A stretch of 46,194 bases of DNA, from NCBI GenBank assembly GCA_964551725.1, contig CAZKED010000006.1, forward strand, positions 1-46,194. The letters run 5' to 3'. The notes under the pieces are model-generated. The model had not been told where the DNA came from, did no database searches, and saw only the letters and a program-made list of their open reading frames with translations. Each line of letters opens with the position of its first letter. Position 1 is the first letter of the stretch. Origin of the DNA: an uncultured archaeon. GTDB taxonomy: Archaea > Iainarchaeota > Iainarchaeia > Iainarchaeales > DTGL01. Positions 10,390 through 20,385 of the stretch are shown in pieces. The translations under genes and the position numbers were made by a program.

Positions 10390-10511
10390 TGTCTAAAGAA
10401 TTTAATCATTTATATAATAATCTGAACAATGGTTTTTAATTTTTTTCCTTTGCCCTGCAAAAACTGAAAGGGAAATTAAACTTTTAATCCCTTCCCTCCT
10501 TCCAGTTTTCC

Positions 10512-11219
10512 ATGACCGAACTGCTGTACCTGCGGGACTGCTACATGAAGGAATTCGATGCAACCGTTAAGCATGCGGAGGGCAACATGGTCGAACTGGA
10601 CCGCACAGCATTCTATCCCGAATCCGGGGGACAGCTTTCCGACACAGGCACACTACACCGCGGGGAAGAGGAATTCAAAGTCATTAAGGCACGAAAGCAG
10701 GGCGGAAAAGTAATGCACGAAATCGACCGCGAGGGGCCTAAAGCCGGCGACGCAGTGCAGGGAAAAATCGACTGGGCTCCGCGGTACAATATGATGAGAA
10801 TGCACACCGCCGCACACGTTATCACAACGGCGGTGCAGGCAATCGTGCCCGACGCCCTAGTCACCGGCGGGCAGCTGGGCTTCGAGGAAAGCCGCGACGA
10901 TTACTCCGTGCCGGAATTGAGCCAGGAAATGGTTTCGGAGATTGAAAAAAAGGCGAACGAAATAGTGCAGGCGGAACAGGAAGTGGAAATAAAGGAACTG
11001 CCGCGGGAGGAAGCCTTCAAACTTCCGCAGCTGTTCAAGCTCAAGGATGTGCTGCCGCCGAGCATTCCAATGATTCGAGTTATTCAAATCGGGAAAGACG
11101 TGAACGCGTGCGGCGGAACGCATGTGCGTAACACAAAGGAAATCGGAAGCATAAAAATCACGCGCACGAAAAGCAAGGGCGCGAACAACCGCAGGCTGTA
11201 CTTCGCGCTTGAGGGATGA
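10512..11219 (+). CDS. alaX: Alanyl-tRNA editing protein AlaX-M
   Basis: LDRTAFYPESGGQ, HTAAH, CGGTHV. Confidence 0.92.
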   Translation: MTELLYLRDCYMKEFDATVKHAEGNMVELDRTAFYPESGGQLSDTGTLHRGEEEFKVIKARKQGGKVMHEIDREGPKAGDAVQGKIDWAPRYNMMRMHTAAHVITTAVQAIVPDALVTGGQLGFEESRDDYSVPELSQEMVSEIEKKANEIVQAEQEVEIKELPREEAFKLPQLFKLKDVLPPSIPMIRVIQIGKDVNACGGTHVRNTKEIGSIKITRTKSKGANNRRLYFALEG

Positions 11220-11363
11220 TTTCCCGCCAAAAAAAGGCAGTTTTTGGGCAAAAGCCGGCGATTGCCGATATTTTTCCTTTTTTTAGGAAAAGTTTAAAAA
11301 GGGTGCGATTTTTACTCCATAAATTTAAATTTCTTTCCTTCTTTCTCACTTAGCGGGTTTGAA

Positions 11364-12290
11364 ATGAAGCACCTGTTGTCACTGGACACCTGGAACAAAG
11401 AAGAAATTCTGGAAACGATTGAATTTGCGGAGAAAATAAAAAAGAACCCGCGGGATTATAACGTGAAAATGAAGGATAAAACTCTTTTAATGCTCTTTGA
11501 AAAAGCCTCGCTGCGCACAAGAATCAGCTTCGAAGTGGGCATGACCCAGCTTGGAGGGCACGCAATCTACTTCAACATAGCCACCTCGCCCATGGGGAAG
11601 GGGGAAAGCATTCAGGACACCGCGAGGAACATTTCAAGGTATGTTGACATAATAATGGCGAGAATTAAACAAAAACAACTGGAAGAGATTGCGAAGAATT
11701 CAACCATTCCGGTAATAAACGGAATGACCGAATTCGCCCACCCCTGCCAGATCCTCGGGGACTTTCTTACAATAAAAGAAAAAAAAGGAAAGCTTGAAGG
11801 GCTGAAGATTGCGTTTGTCGGCGACGGAAACAACAACATTACCCACTCGCTGCTCTACGCCTGCCCGCAGGTCGGCATTGAACTTTCCGTTGCGACTCCC
11901 AAGGGAGAAAAATTCGAGCCGCAAAAAAAGGTAATTGAAAAAGCGAAGGAATTTGCAAGCACAAGCGGAAGCGAAATAAGAATCGGGCACGACCCAAAGG
12001 AAGCGGTAAAGAATGCAGACATCGTTGTAGCAGACACCTGGGTTTCCTACTATGTTCCGCCGGAAGAAAAGGAAAAGAGAAAAAAAATACTTGGACCATA
12101 CCAGGTGAATGCTGAACTCATGGCGCTGGCGAAACCTGATGCGAACTTCATGCACTGCCTGCCCGCTGTCCGCGGCATGGAAATGACCGCGGACGTAATC
12201 GACGGAAAGCAGAGCATCGTATTCGACCAGGCGGAAAACAGACTGCACATACAAAAGGCAATAATGCTCCGCCTGCTGGACATAAAATAG
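11364..12290 (+). CDS. argF: Ornithine carbamoyltransferase
   Basis: SLRT, HPCQ, GDGNNN, HCLP, QAENRLH. Confidence 0.93.
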   Translation: MKHLLSLDTWNKEEILETIEFAEKIKKNPRDYNVKMKDKTLLMLFEKASLRTRISFEVGMTQLGGHAIYFNIATSPMGKGESIQDTARNISRYVDIIMARIKQKQLEEIAKNSTIPVINGMTEFAHPCQILGDFLTIKEKKGKLEGLKIAFVGDGNNNITHSLLYACPQVGIELSVATPKGEKFEPQKKVIEKAKEFASTSGSEIRIGHDPKEAVKNADIVVADTWVSYYVPPEEKEKRKKILGPYQVNAELMALAKPDANFMHCLPAVRGMEMTADVIDGKQSIVFDQAENRLHIQKAIMLRLLDIK

Positions 12291-12351
12291 CTCTCGGGAA
12301 TCAAACCCGCAAAAATTAAATAAAGCAAAGCGCTTTATTTATTGACTTGAA

Positions 12352-15300
12352 ATGAGAAAATACAGCAATTTGTACTTTCTTGCGCCATTTCTTTTACTGC
12401 TGTGCGCGTGCGCCCAGGCGGCTGTATGCGTTGACATCGGCTGGGGCGCGGAAGAATGCAGCGGACTGAGCCAAAGCGAGTGCGGTTTGAGCACGGGCGC
12501 AGGCCAGCTGGGATGTGAATGGGAGGGCTGCACCGGAACACCGACACCTTGCGCGAGCACGGTTTTCAACACCGAGGGAGAATGCCTCGACCAGCAGGGA
12601 TGCAGCTGGAGCCACTGCGGCGGAAGTCCGACACAGTGCGACGACATAACGCTGAGCACCGACTGCGGCTATGCGAGCGGTTGCTTCTGGGAAGGGTGCA
12701 CGGGCCTGGCGATTCAGTGCTCCGGCTATTCCTTCCTGCAAAGGGACCAGTGCGACGAGCAGGACGGATGCAGCTGGTCCGGAAGCGACAGCACGCCCTG
12801 CTATGGAACGCCGGAATGGCAGTACTGCGCGGGACTTCACATAAGCGTATGCGAGGAAGTGATAGGATGCTATTACGATGGATACTGCAAGGGGAACCCG
12901 GCTCCCTGCAGCAGCATTTCAAGTGAAAGCCAGTGCTCGCAGCAGGGCTGCGATTGGGGTTACTGCAACGGAACAGCGAAAAGCTGCTCCAGTGTGGGAG
13001 CACTGCACTGCGAGGAACAACAGGGATGCACTCTCACTGGATGCGTCGGCACAGCGGCTGGCTGCTCCACCTATGACAGCGCCTGGTTGTGCGGGAGAGT
13101 GGGTTGCACGTGGATCGGCTCATCAACCGCCGACTGCTACGGAACCGCTGTGGAATGCGGACAGCTTTCCCCCTCAAACTGCTCAGACCAGCGGGGTTGC
13201 AGCTGGGAGGGCTGCACTGGAACTGCAACGCAATGCTCGTCCATTACGAACAGAAGCGATTGCCAGCAGCAGGCCGGCTGCTGCGCGCCCGACACCTGCG
13301 AGGAATGGGGCGCGGAATGCGGAACCATAATAGAACCCAGCTGTCTCACTGCAATTAACTGCGGGAACTGTGACGAAGGATACTATTGTTCAGGCAACCA
13401 GTGCATTCCCGAAGCCGAGCCGAGTCCTTCTCCTTCTCCGAGCCCTTCGCCCTCGCCGAGCCCCAGCCCGAGCCCTTCACCGAGTCCGTCACCGAGCCCC
13501 TCTCCATCACCAAGCCCGTCACCAAGCCCTTCTCCTTCCCCCTCACCATCCCCGAGTCCTTCACCGAGTCCATCTCCCAGTCTGTCACCGAGCCCTTCGC
13601 CATCTCCGAGTCCGTCACCGAGCCCGTCGTCTAGCCCTTCCCCCAGCCCGTCGCCGAGCCAGAGTCCTTTCGGAATCTCGCCCTCGCCGAGCCCGTCGCC
13701 GGCAATCCAGCCGACTCCCAGTCCGAGCCCTTTTCCCGGTCCGAGTCCTTCTCCAAGCGGTGGAGAACTGCAGAACCGCGGTCCTGTTATTCATTCAATC
13801 GACATCAAACCCGGAAAGGAACTCCATGAGGGCGATGCCTTCTATTTTTCAGCGAGGGCAACCGATATTGACGGGGACGCACTGAATTACTCCTGGGTTT
13901 TCGAGGACGGCACGCGGAAGGAGGGGCAAAGCGTTTCCCATGCGTTCGGTAAACTGCCGGGGGGAATGCGGTCAAAGATTTTTGCCGTTATTTTGACCGT
14001 GAGGGACGGCAGGGGCGGCACTGAAACAAAGCAGGCTTTTGTTTCTGTCAAGAAGGAAAAGCTCTCCATTGAAATAACCGAGCCCGTGATTTCGGAAATT
14101 TCGCCGCTGGGGAGAATGAAGGAGCAGGAAATAAAAATATGCATAAGCGAAGTCGATGGCTCGAGCATTCACCCGGAAAACGTGAAATCACTTGAGGTTA
14201 ATTTCAACGGGAACGAAAAGGAGTTTGAAACCGCGGAGGACGAATGCGTTGTTTCTGTCACGCTTTTGCCCGGGGAAATGAAAGGAAGCATTGTGCCGCT
14301 CGAGGTTCTCGTATCCGTTGAACTGGGGGGAAAAGAACTCCAGGAATCGGGAGCCTTTGCTCTGTTTTTTGAAAACGAGGAAATAATTTTTTCGGACTGT
14401 TTCGAGGGAAAGGAATACTACCGCGGGGAAAAAATAGGGAAAATAACACTCACCGCGGAATATCCCGGAGGAGAGAAGGTCGAGGGAGGAGATTTCACCG
14501 CAAGCATAAAGAGCGCTGTGAAAACACTTGACACGCCCCTGGTCTGGGCGGGGGGGGAATTCAGGGCATTCATTGACTATTCGCCCACGCAGTTGGACAT
14601 AGAGAACGGGCTTTTAATGGAGGTATTCGGCGAAGATGAATTCGGAAACGTTCTGGAAGGCTTTTTCGCGGAAGTGCCCCTCAAAAAAGGGGAAAACCCG
14701 CTTTTCAGCCTCAATATCGCCCCCGCAAAAGACAAATTCGGGTACAGTGAAAAAATAGAGGTTGTGGTAACGGTTAAGTCCTCCGCCTGGAACAGGCTCA
14801 GGGACACCACCGTGAGAATGGAATCCGAAAGCCTCGGACTGGACCAAGCAATGGAATTCGACCCGGAAAGACGGGCGTTCACTGCGGTTATTGACGCTCC
14901 GCCCCTGGAATCCGGCATTCAAAAATTTGACCTGGAAATAGGCGCTGAATCCTGGCTCGAAAGCACTCCCCTCAACTATTCCACGGAAAGAGAACTCTTG
15001 CTCTCAAAGCACGTGGACATAAACTTCATTGACCCGAGCCAGGGCACTTTCCTCACCCCCACGGGCAAAATAGAGGAAATAAAGGTAAAAGTATTCTACC
15101 CCGACGGAAAGGAAGTGGAAGAGGAAAAAATTGGCGCTGTACTTGAAGTAAACGGCGAGCCGCGCGACGTAAACCTCATGCTGCAATCCGAGAGAGACTC
15201 GCCCTATTACAAAATAGCGCTGGAGAACGGAATCCCCATAGGAAAGCATTCGCTGAGACTGGAAATACAAAACGGGCTGGAAGGAAGCGAGGAAATAATC

Positions 15301-15630
15301 GTGGACGTCAACCCGGAGATTGACTGGCCGTTTCTTGTGGCGCTGGCAATAACAGCCATGGTCTTCCTTTTCCTGCTCAATGCGCTGAAGAACAGGTTCA
15401 GGGTACACGGGGAAAAAATGGAAAAGGTAATGCTCGAGAAGGCGAGACTCCGCAGGATGATAAAACAGCTCAAAGTGGAATACCTGAAGAGGAACATCTC
15501 CGAAAGGGAATACAGGGAAAGAGTGCTTAAAGCGGAAATAGAACTAAAAACCTTTGAATTAAGGGAACTGGAGAAAAAGCCGGGAAAGGCACTGGAAAAA
15601 CTAATCCCGCCCAAGCAGGCAAATCCGTGA
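12352..15630 (+). CDS. Large membrane-anchored surface protein: signal peptide, Cys-rich repeats, Pro-Ser linker, PKD-like domain, beta-rich stalk, C-terminal TM and cytoplasmic coiled coil
   Basis: Hydrophobic N-terminus; ten CxG..C..C..GCxW units; (PS)n; PKD-like [27 protein letters not shown]; [20 protein letters not shown]. Confidence 0.88.
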   Translation: MRKYSNLYFLAPFLLLLCACAQAAVCVDIGWGAEECSGLSQSECGLSTGAGQLGCEWEGCTGTPTPCASTVFNTEGECLDQQGCSWSHCGGSPTQCDDITLSTDCGYASGCFWEGCTGLAIQCSGYSFLQRDQCDEQDGCSWSGSDSTPCYGTPEWQYCAGLHISVCEEVIGCYYDGYCKGNPAPCSSISSESQCSQQGCDWGYCNGTAKSCSSVGALHCEEQQGCTLTGCVGTAAGCSTYDSAWLCGRVGCTWIGSSTADCYGTAVECGQLSPSNCSDQRGCSWEGCTGTATQCSSITNRSDCQQQAGCCAPDTCEEWGAECGTIIEPSCLTAINCGNCDEGYYCSGNQCIPEAEPSPSPSPSPSPSPSPSPSPSPSPSPSPSPSPSPSPSPSPSPSPSPSPSPSPSPSLSPSPSPSPSPSPSPSSSPSPSPSPSQSPFGISPSPSPSPAIQPTPSPSPFPGPSPSPSGGELQNRGPVIHSIDIKPGKELHEGDAFYFSARATDIDGDALNYSWVFEDGTRKEGQSVSHAFGKLPGGMRSKIFAVILTVRDGRGGTETKQAFVSVKKEKLSIEITEPVISEISPLGRMKEQEIKICISEVDGSSIHPENVKSLEVNFNGNEKEFETAEDECVVSVTLLPGEMKGSIVPLEVLVSVELGGKELQESGAFALFFENEEIIFSDCFEGKEYYRGEKIGKITLTAEYPGGEKVEGGDFTASIKSAVKTLDTPLVWAGGEFRAFIDYSPTQLDIENGLLMEVFGEDEFGNVLEGFFAEVPLKKGENPLFSLNIAPAKDKFGYSEKIEVVVTVKSSAWNRLRDTTVRMESESLGLDQAMEFDPERRAFTAVIDAPPLESGIQKFDLEIGAESWLESTPLNYSTERELLLSKHVDINFIDPSQGTFLTPTGKIEEIKVKVFYPDGKEVEEEKIGAVLEVNGEPRDVNLMLQSERDSPYYKIALENGIPIGKHSLRLEIQNGLEGSEEIIVDVNPEIDWPFLVALAITAMVFLFLLNALKNRFRVHGEKMEKVMLEKARLRRMIKQLKVEYLKRNISEREYRERVLKAEIELKTFELRELEKKPGKALEKLIPPKQANP
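12427..13404 (+). repeat. About ten tandem 4-Cys protein repeats (~26-34 aa) plus one different Cys-rich module
   Basis: Units such as [32 protein letters not shown] and [16 protein letters not shown]. Confidence 0.9.
13420..13758 (+). repeat. Pro-Ser dipeptide repeat linker (~110 aa)
   Basis: Alternating CCN and TCN/AGY codons with varied synonymous usage. Confidence 0.95.
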
Positions 15631-16512
15631 ATCATTCCTCTCGTTCACTATTCTGTAATCCGAGTTTTCCCCTATCGCTTCCGCAAAAGCCCTTATCTCG
15701 GGCATTTCGGGCATGTTTTCCTCGGACAGCCTTTTCCTCGAATGCCCCAGGAACATGTATGCCTTGCATTCCACGAACTCCGGCTTTGCCTTTTCAATCA
15801 ACGGAACGAATTTCTCCGGCTCGGACATGTTCATTCCGCGGATTAATGTCAGGCGCAGCACCGTGCCTGTTTTCATTTTTGAAAGCAATTCCAGCGATTC
15901 GTTCAATTTTTCCCAGGCACCAGGGATAACGGGCCTGCACAGTTCCCTGTACTTTTCAGGATCGGGCGCGGTCAGTGAAACATACAGGTTAGTGGGAAGC
16001 CTGTTCAGAGAGCGGAGTGAATCCGGCACGGTGCCGCTTGTCACCAAAAAAACGGAGCGGAATTTTTTGTTGAAAAATTCGTCAATCAGTTCATTCAGGC
16101 GGGGATACATGCAGGGTTCTCCCGTAAGGGAGATTGCGACCTGGTCCGGTTCCAATGCGTCCTGAAAAAATTCAGGGTCGCATTTTTCATTGCCGCCGAA
16201 TCCCGTCAGAAGCTTTTTTCGCTCGGCAATGCATCCTTCGATTATGTCAGAGGGCTCGTCTATTGGACCTGTCCAGTCCTTCGAGAAAATGGATGTATCG
16301 CGCCAGCAGTGCAGGCAGCGCTGGTTGCATGTCAGCGCGGGGGACATCTCCAGGCACTTGTGGGTGTGAATTCCGTAAAAGGACTGCTTGTAGCACGGTG
16401 CAATGCCCCGCAGCACCTGCTTTGTCCAGTGGCATATCTTGACAGCGGAATGGTTTCCGACAACGCGGAACTGCGCCCGCTGCATTCTTGCAATCTTCCA
16501 CTCCTCAAGCAT
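15601..16512 (-). CDS. taw1: 4-demethylwyosine synthase Taw1/TYW1 (radical SAM)
   Basis: [35 protein letters not shown]; GGGTGA SD before ATG 16512 (alternative start 16533). Confidence 0.93.
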   Translation of the reverse strand: MLEEWKIARMQRAQFRVVGNHSAVKICHWTKQVLRGIAPCYKQSFYGIHTHKCLEMSPALTCNQRCLHCWRDTSIFSKDWTGPIDEPSDIIEGCIAERKKLLTGFGGNEKCDPEFFQDALEPDQVAISLTGEPCMYPRLNELIDEFFNKKFRSVFLVTSGTVPDSLRSLNRLPTNLYVSLTAPDPEKYRELCRPVIPGAWEKLNESLELLSKMKTGTVLRLTLIRGMNMSEPEKFVPLIEKAKPEFVECKAYMFLGHSRKRLSEENMPEMPEIRAFAEAIGENSDYRIVNERNDSRICLLGRD

Positions 16513-16599
16513 TCCTGCTTCACCCGCTTCCATCGCAAGAAAAAGGGAGGCAAAAGGATTAAATAGGAAAGCGGGTTTAATTTTAAAGGTGGTGTTAAA

Positions 16600-17148
16600 T
16601 TGCCCAAAGCGAGAGGCGGAAGCAAAAGAAAGGAAACAAAAAAGAGAGAAGTGAAAACCAGAAGAGGCAGGCCTTCGCCTTTTCTGAAAATGAGGCTTCT
16701 TGAAGGCGAAGTAACAGGTTACTGCAACACTCTGGGGAGAGTGCTGAGAGAACTCCCCCTGAGAAGGGATTTGAATGGATTTGCCAGGACAGCCATGGAG
16801 CACGAAATAAAAGCGCTTATTGAAGCGGTTGAAAGCGGGAGAATTAACAGGAGGCAGCACGCTGAAATAAAACAGGTCGTGGTGCCCCTAGAATTCAAAG
16901 AGCAGGAAAGGATTGTTCAAGCACTGGAGGAAGAAAGGCACCGGCTTTCCGTGACCTCGGATGGCGCGTCCAGAATAGCCCGAGTGGGGCTGCACCACCC
17001 CGATATTGAAATGGCTGGCAGAATACATACGCTTGTAGGACATGTCAATAGCGGGTTCATAACAGCGGCAGAGCAAAGAGAAATACGGGGAATACTAGGA
17101 AGAGAAACTCTCAGAAGGCTCCATCGCGCTGTCGGCGGAAAGCGCTGA
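16600..17148 (+). CDS. Orphan protein with basic N-terminus
   Basis: AGGTGG SD then TTG; MPKARGGSKRKETKKR...; helical. Confidence 0.65.
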   Translation: MPKARGGSKRKETKKREVKTRRGRPSPFLKMRLLEGEVTGYCNTLGRVLRELPLRRDLNGFARTAMEHEIKALIEAVESGRINRRQHAEIKQVVVPLEFKEQERIVQALEEERHRLSVTSDGASRIARVGLHHPDIEMAGRIHTLVGHVNSGFITAAEQREIRGILGRETLRRLHRAVGGKR

Positions 17149-17196
17149 AAGAGCGCCCTTTTTATTCTTTTTCTCGGCATACTTAATGGGTTTTGG

Positions 17197-18546
17197 ATGA
17201 AAAAATTCGACGTAATAATTGTGGGAGCGGGTCCCGCGGGGCTGTTCGCAGCAAACGAGCTCGCGGGCAAAAAAAAGAGCGTGCTTGTAATAGAACAGGG
17301 AAAGGAGCCGCTTAAAAGGAACGCCGCAAAATACAGGGAAGACGCAGTCTTCGGCGTTGGAGGAGCAGGCGCGTACTCCGACGGGAAAATGAATTTAAGC
17401 CCCGAAATAGGCGGCGAACCCCTGGAACTGAAATTCAGCGCTAAGGAAATACAGGGAATGATTGACAAGCTGGACAGAACAATGCTGCACTTCGGCGCAC
17501 CCAAATCGTACTCGGGAACAAACGGCAAAGAACTGAGCGAACTGAAGCGTAAAGCTAACAAGGCGGGAATAGAATTTGTCGCCGGCAAACAGAGGCATAT
17601 TGGAACTGACAGGATAAAAAAAGTAATAGACAAAATGTACAAGAGCCTCAAAAGGAGCGGCATCTCATTCCAGCTTGAAACAAGCGTTGAGGAAATAAAA
17701 AAGAAAGGAAAGGAATTCATTCTCAAAACGGGCAAGGGGGAATTCTCGTGCGCTTACCTCATAGCGTGCTGCGGCAGGGCAAAATCCTACTGGCTGAGGG
17801 AACAGGCAAAAAAACTGGGGGCGAAAACAAAATTCGGACCCATTGATGTCGGCGTGAGAGTGGAATTTCCCGCCGAAGTCTACGAGGGAATCGAAAAGGT
17901 AATGTATGACGCAAAATTCAGGCTTTATACAGGCACTTACGACGACATGGTGCGCACGTTCTGCACTAACCCTCGCGGATTCGTTTCAACGGAAAAATAC
18001 GAGCAATTTGTTCTCGTGAACGGGCACGCGGAACACGAGAGAAAAAGCAGCAATACCAATCTCGCTTTGCTCACGCGCGTTCATTTGACCGATCCAGTGG
18101 AGGATTCCACGGAATACGGGAGAAGCATTGCAATGCTTGCCACGAACATCGGCGGAGGCAAGCCCATTCTCCAGAGGTACAAAGACCTGGAGAAGGGAAG
18201 GAGGAGCACCTGGGAAAGACTGCGCCGCTCGCCCATAAGCCCAACGCTTGAAGACGTTACTCCCGGGGACATTTCAATGGCTTTACCCCAGCGCATAGTG
18301 ACAAACATTATTGAAGCGGTTGAAAAGCTCGACTTGGTCATACCCGGCATCGCTTCCGACACCACTCTCATCTACGCGCCGGAAATAAAATTTTATGATA
18401 CAAAGTATTTCACGGACGAATTCCTTGAAACAAGCGCTCCAAACCTTTTTGTGGCGGGAGACGCCTCAGGATACTCGCGCGGCATAGTCTACGCGGGAGT
18501 AACCGGCATGATTGCAGCGCAAGGCGTGCTCAAGAAAAAGAAATAA
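17197..18546 (+). CDS. Uncharacterised FAD-dependent oxidoreductase (COG2509-like)
   Basis: IVGAGPAG, GGAGAYSDGK, RHIGTD, VRTFCTNP, VNGH, YAPEIKFY, AGDASG. Confidence 0.88.
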   Translation: MKKFDVIIVGAGPAGLFAANELAGKKKSVLVIEQGKEPLKRNAAKYREDAVFGVGGAGAYSDGKMNLSPEIGGEPLELKFSAKEIQGMIDKLDRTMLHFGAPKSYSGTNGKELSELKRKANKAGIEFVAGKQRHIGTDRIKKVIDKMYKSLKRSGISFQLETSVEEIKKKGKEFILKTGKGEFSCAYLIACCGRAKSYWLREQAKKLGAKTKFGPIDVGVRVEFPAEVYEGIEKVMYDAKFRLYTGTYDDMVRTFCTNPRGFVSTEKYEQFVLVNGHAEHERKSSNTNLALLTRVHLTDPVEDSTEYGRSIAMLATNIGGGKPILQRYKDLEKGRRSTWERLRRSPISPTLEDVTPGDISMALPQRIVTNIIEAVEKLDLVIPGIASDTTLIYAPEIKFYDTKYFTDEFLETSAPNLFVAGDASGYSRGIVYAGVTGMIAAQGVLKKKK

Positions 18547-18547
18547 T

Positions 18548-18802
18548 TTACTCCAAGCGTTTAAGCAGAGCATCAAATGCCTTTTCAATCGCCCTCGCTT
18601 CCGGCGAAGAGGGATAGCCCCAGAACTCCGGGTCACTTAAAATCCTTGACACTTCCTTCTCAAGCACGCTCCAGGGAATCATTAACTCCCCGTCCAAGTC
18701 TTTCGCTTTCTTCCAAAAAAACACTCCTCTAAAAAAATTCTTGACATGGGAGAACCTGGGCTTAATCCTTCCCGAGCGGGAAAACACTCTATCCAAACGC
18801 AT
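18548..18802 (-). CDS. Small hypothetical protein (84 aa)
   Basis: GGAG SD; ATG directly after the upstream TGA. Confidence 0.55.
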   Translation of the reverse strand: MRLDRVFSRSGRIKPRFSHVKNFFRGVFFWKKAKDLDGELMIPWSVLEKEVSRILSDPEFWGYPSSPEARAIEKAFDALLKRLE

Positions 18803-18922
18803 TCAGCCACTCTCCAGGCAAGTCAGCCCCCCGCAAAGGCAGGTGACAAGGCAGAGGCTCACTCCAACAACCAGGCCGAGAAAAAAACTAGCCAAATCTC
18901 CAACGCACTCCGAGTCACTCAA
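18803..18922 (-). CDS. Hidden 39-aa hydrophobic Cys-rich peptide MSDSECVGDLASFFLGLVVGVSLCLVTCLCGGLTCLESG
   Basis: TTG overlaps the upstream stop (TTGA); its TGA abuts the next ATG; fills the gap exactly; not in the ORF track. Confidence 0.5.
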   Translation of the reverse strand: MSDSECVGDLASFFLGLVVGVSLCLVTCLCGGLTCLESG

Positions 18923-19614
18923 TCTCCCACTTCCAACAATTCAGGGTGGACTATTTTCAACTGGCGTTTCCATTCCTCTCGCTTTTTCTTATCCTTAAAG
19001 CACTTTTGGCAAATCGGGTGCCTCATAAAACCATTTGGGCTATTCGTTGCCTTGCCGCAAATCACGCAAATAAAGCCACCATTTTCATTTTTTCCTTTTC
19101 TTGCTTTTGCAAAATAAGATAACGGCATTCTTTTCCACAAAAACCCCAAGGACTTAACCTCTGTCACGAGAAAACCTGAAAGCAATTCCCTTAACCCGAA
19201 CTCGGTGAAACGCCAGTAGTCATTTGGAGGGTCGTGAATGGGGTATAGGAAGGGGACTGATAGTATTAGTGAGCCGTTGGGTTTTAGGACTCTGTGAATT
19301 TCTTTGACTGCTTTCCTGCATTCAAAAACATGCTCCAATACGGCAATGCAAAAAACAACATCAAAAGAATTGCTCTTAAACTGCAAACGAGTAACATCGG
19401 CAATTGCATCCACGCCCTCGTGCCTCTTTACATCGGTTGCCAACCAGTTAGTCAAAGGAAACAATTTCTTACGCGAATGCTTTCCACAACCAACCTCTAA
19501 AATTTTAACCCCGCCCCTATTCAATTCAGGGACAAGAGTCCTTATTTCCCTGTTGATTCTTTTCCGCGTGGGTGAAATCATCGAAATCAAATCACTAACA
19601 AAAATCTCCCCCAT
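18919..19614 (-). CDS. Class I SAM-dependent methyltransferase (type 11-like) with C-terminal CxxC..CxxC extension
   Basis: ILEVGCG, ADVTRLQF..FDVV..VLEHV, RVLKPNG, HDPPNDYWRFT. Confidence 0.85.
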   Translation of the reverse strand: MGEIFVSDLISMISPTRKRINREIRTLVPELNRGGVKILEVGCGKHSRKKLFPLTNWLATDVKRHEGVDAIADVTRLQFKSNSFDVVFCIAVLEHVFECRKAVKEIHRVLKPNGSLILSVPFLYPIHDPPNDYWRFTEFGLRELLSGFLVTEVKSLGFLWKRMPLSYFAKARKGKNENGGFICVICGKATNSPNGFMRHPICQKCFKDKKKREEWKRQLKIVHPELLEVGD

Positions 19615-19640
19615 TCACTCCGCCGTTCCCTGCCCTCCAG

Positions 19641-19739
19641 TGGTTTGCGCAAACCATTGCTGAACCATAAAAAAAGAGGACGGCAAACTATTTAAATCCT
19701 ATTGCCTGTCAGGCAACAAATGTATTTATCGGGCAATAG
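19641..19739. promoter_or_regulatory. Divergent promoter region with palindromes
   Basis: TGGTTTGCGCAAACCA (19641-19656, perfect); TTGCCTG-T-CAGGCAA (19702-19716); CTATTGCC...GGCAATAG; TATTTAAA. Confidence 0.55.
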
Positions 19740-19751
19740 CGTTACATTTGG

Positions 19752-20021
19752 ATGGATACAGAAAAATTGAAGGCATTGTGTGACCCGACAAGGCTTAAAA
19801 TACTGGGCTTGCTGGCAGAGCAGCCCCTTACAAACACCGAGTTGTATAAGAAATTGAATCAGCACGGCATTGTTTACCGTGAATCCGTTTTTAAGGCGTT
19901 GAAGAAACTCCTCCAGATCGGCTTGGTTAAGAGGGAATTTCACGAGAAAAAGGGCTACAAATACTCCCCTAATTTTAAGATAATAAAAATAAGCAACAAA
20001 ATGGAGCTAAAAATTGGATGA
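19752..20021 (+). CDS. ArsR-like winged-helix transcriptional regulator
   Basis: LKALCDPTRLKILGLL...VFKALKKL..IGLV...Y. Confidence 0.82.
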   Translation: MDTEKLKALCDPTRLKILGLLAEQPLTNTELYKKLNQHGIVYRESVFKALKKLLQIGLVKREFHEKKGYKYSPNFKIIKISNKMELKIG

Positions 20022-20115
20022 CCCGCGGGACCTGGAAGGAAAAACACCTGCGGAAAAAGCAGGAATAAACCTTGAATTGAATGGGAATAAATGGAAAGGA
20101 TTGATAGAGAATTGA

Positions 20116-20385
20116 TTATTTCTTTTCTAATTTGGTAACTTTTCCTTTTAGGTTAGATAGTTTTTTTGTTGTCTTTTCAGTTCTATTATCCAATTCAGAA
20201 TAAACAACAAAAGAAATCATCCCGCCCCAAAAAAAGGCATCATTTGGTGCAATACCCATCTGAAAAAATAAACCCAATATAGCCAATGGAATTGCCCATT
20301 TAGAAGCCAATAAAACTTGATATTTTTGCAAGGTTTGTTGGTAATCCATATCAATTCGGTTCTTTTTTATTTTCCACTCTCTCAT
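20116..20385 (-). CDS. Small two-TM hypothetical protein
   Basis: AT-rich ORF with two hydrophobic helices; abuts the upstream stop. Confidence 0.55.
   Translation of the reverse strand: MREWKIKKNRIDMDYQQTLQKYQVLLASKWAIPLAILGLFFQMGIAPNDAFFWGGMISFVVYSELDNRTEKTTKKLSNLKGKVTKLEKK

Noticed and set aside
13420-13758. Possible CRISPR array or DNA satellite
   Set aside because: No repeat-spacer structure; periodicity is explained by Pro-Ser codons; no cas genes
16513-16860. Long N-terminal extensions of track ORFs (taw1; similarly uppP, DUF134 and 1333..2010)
   Set aside because: They overlap divergent genes or promoters; downstream starts fit family lengths and SD/TATA positions
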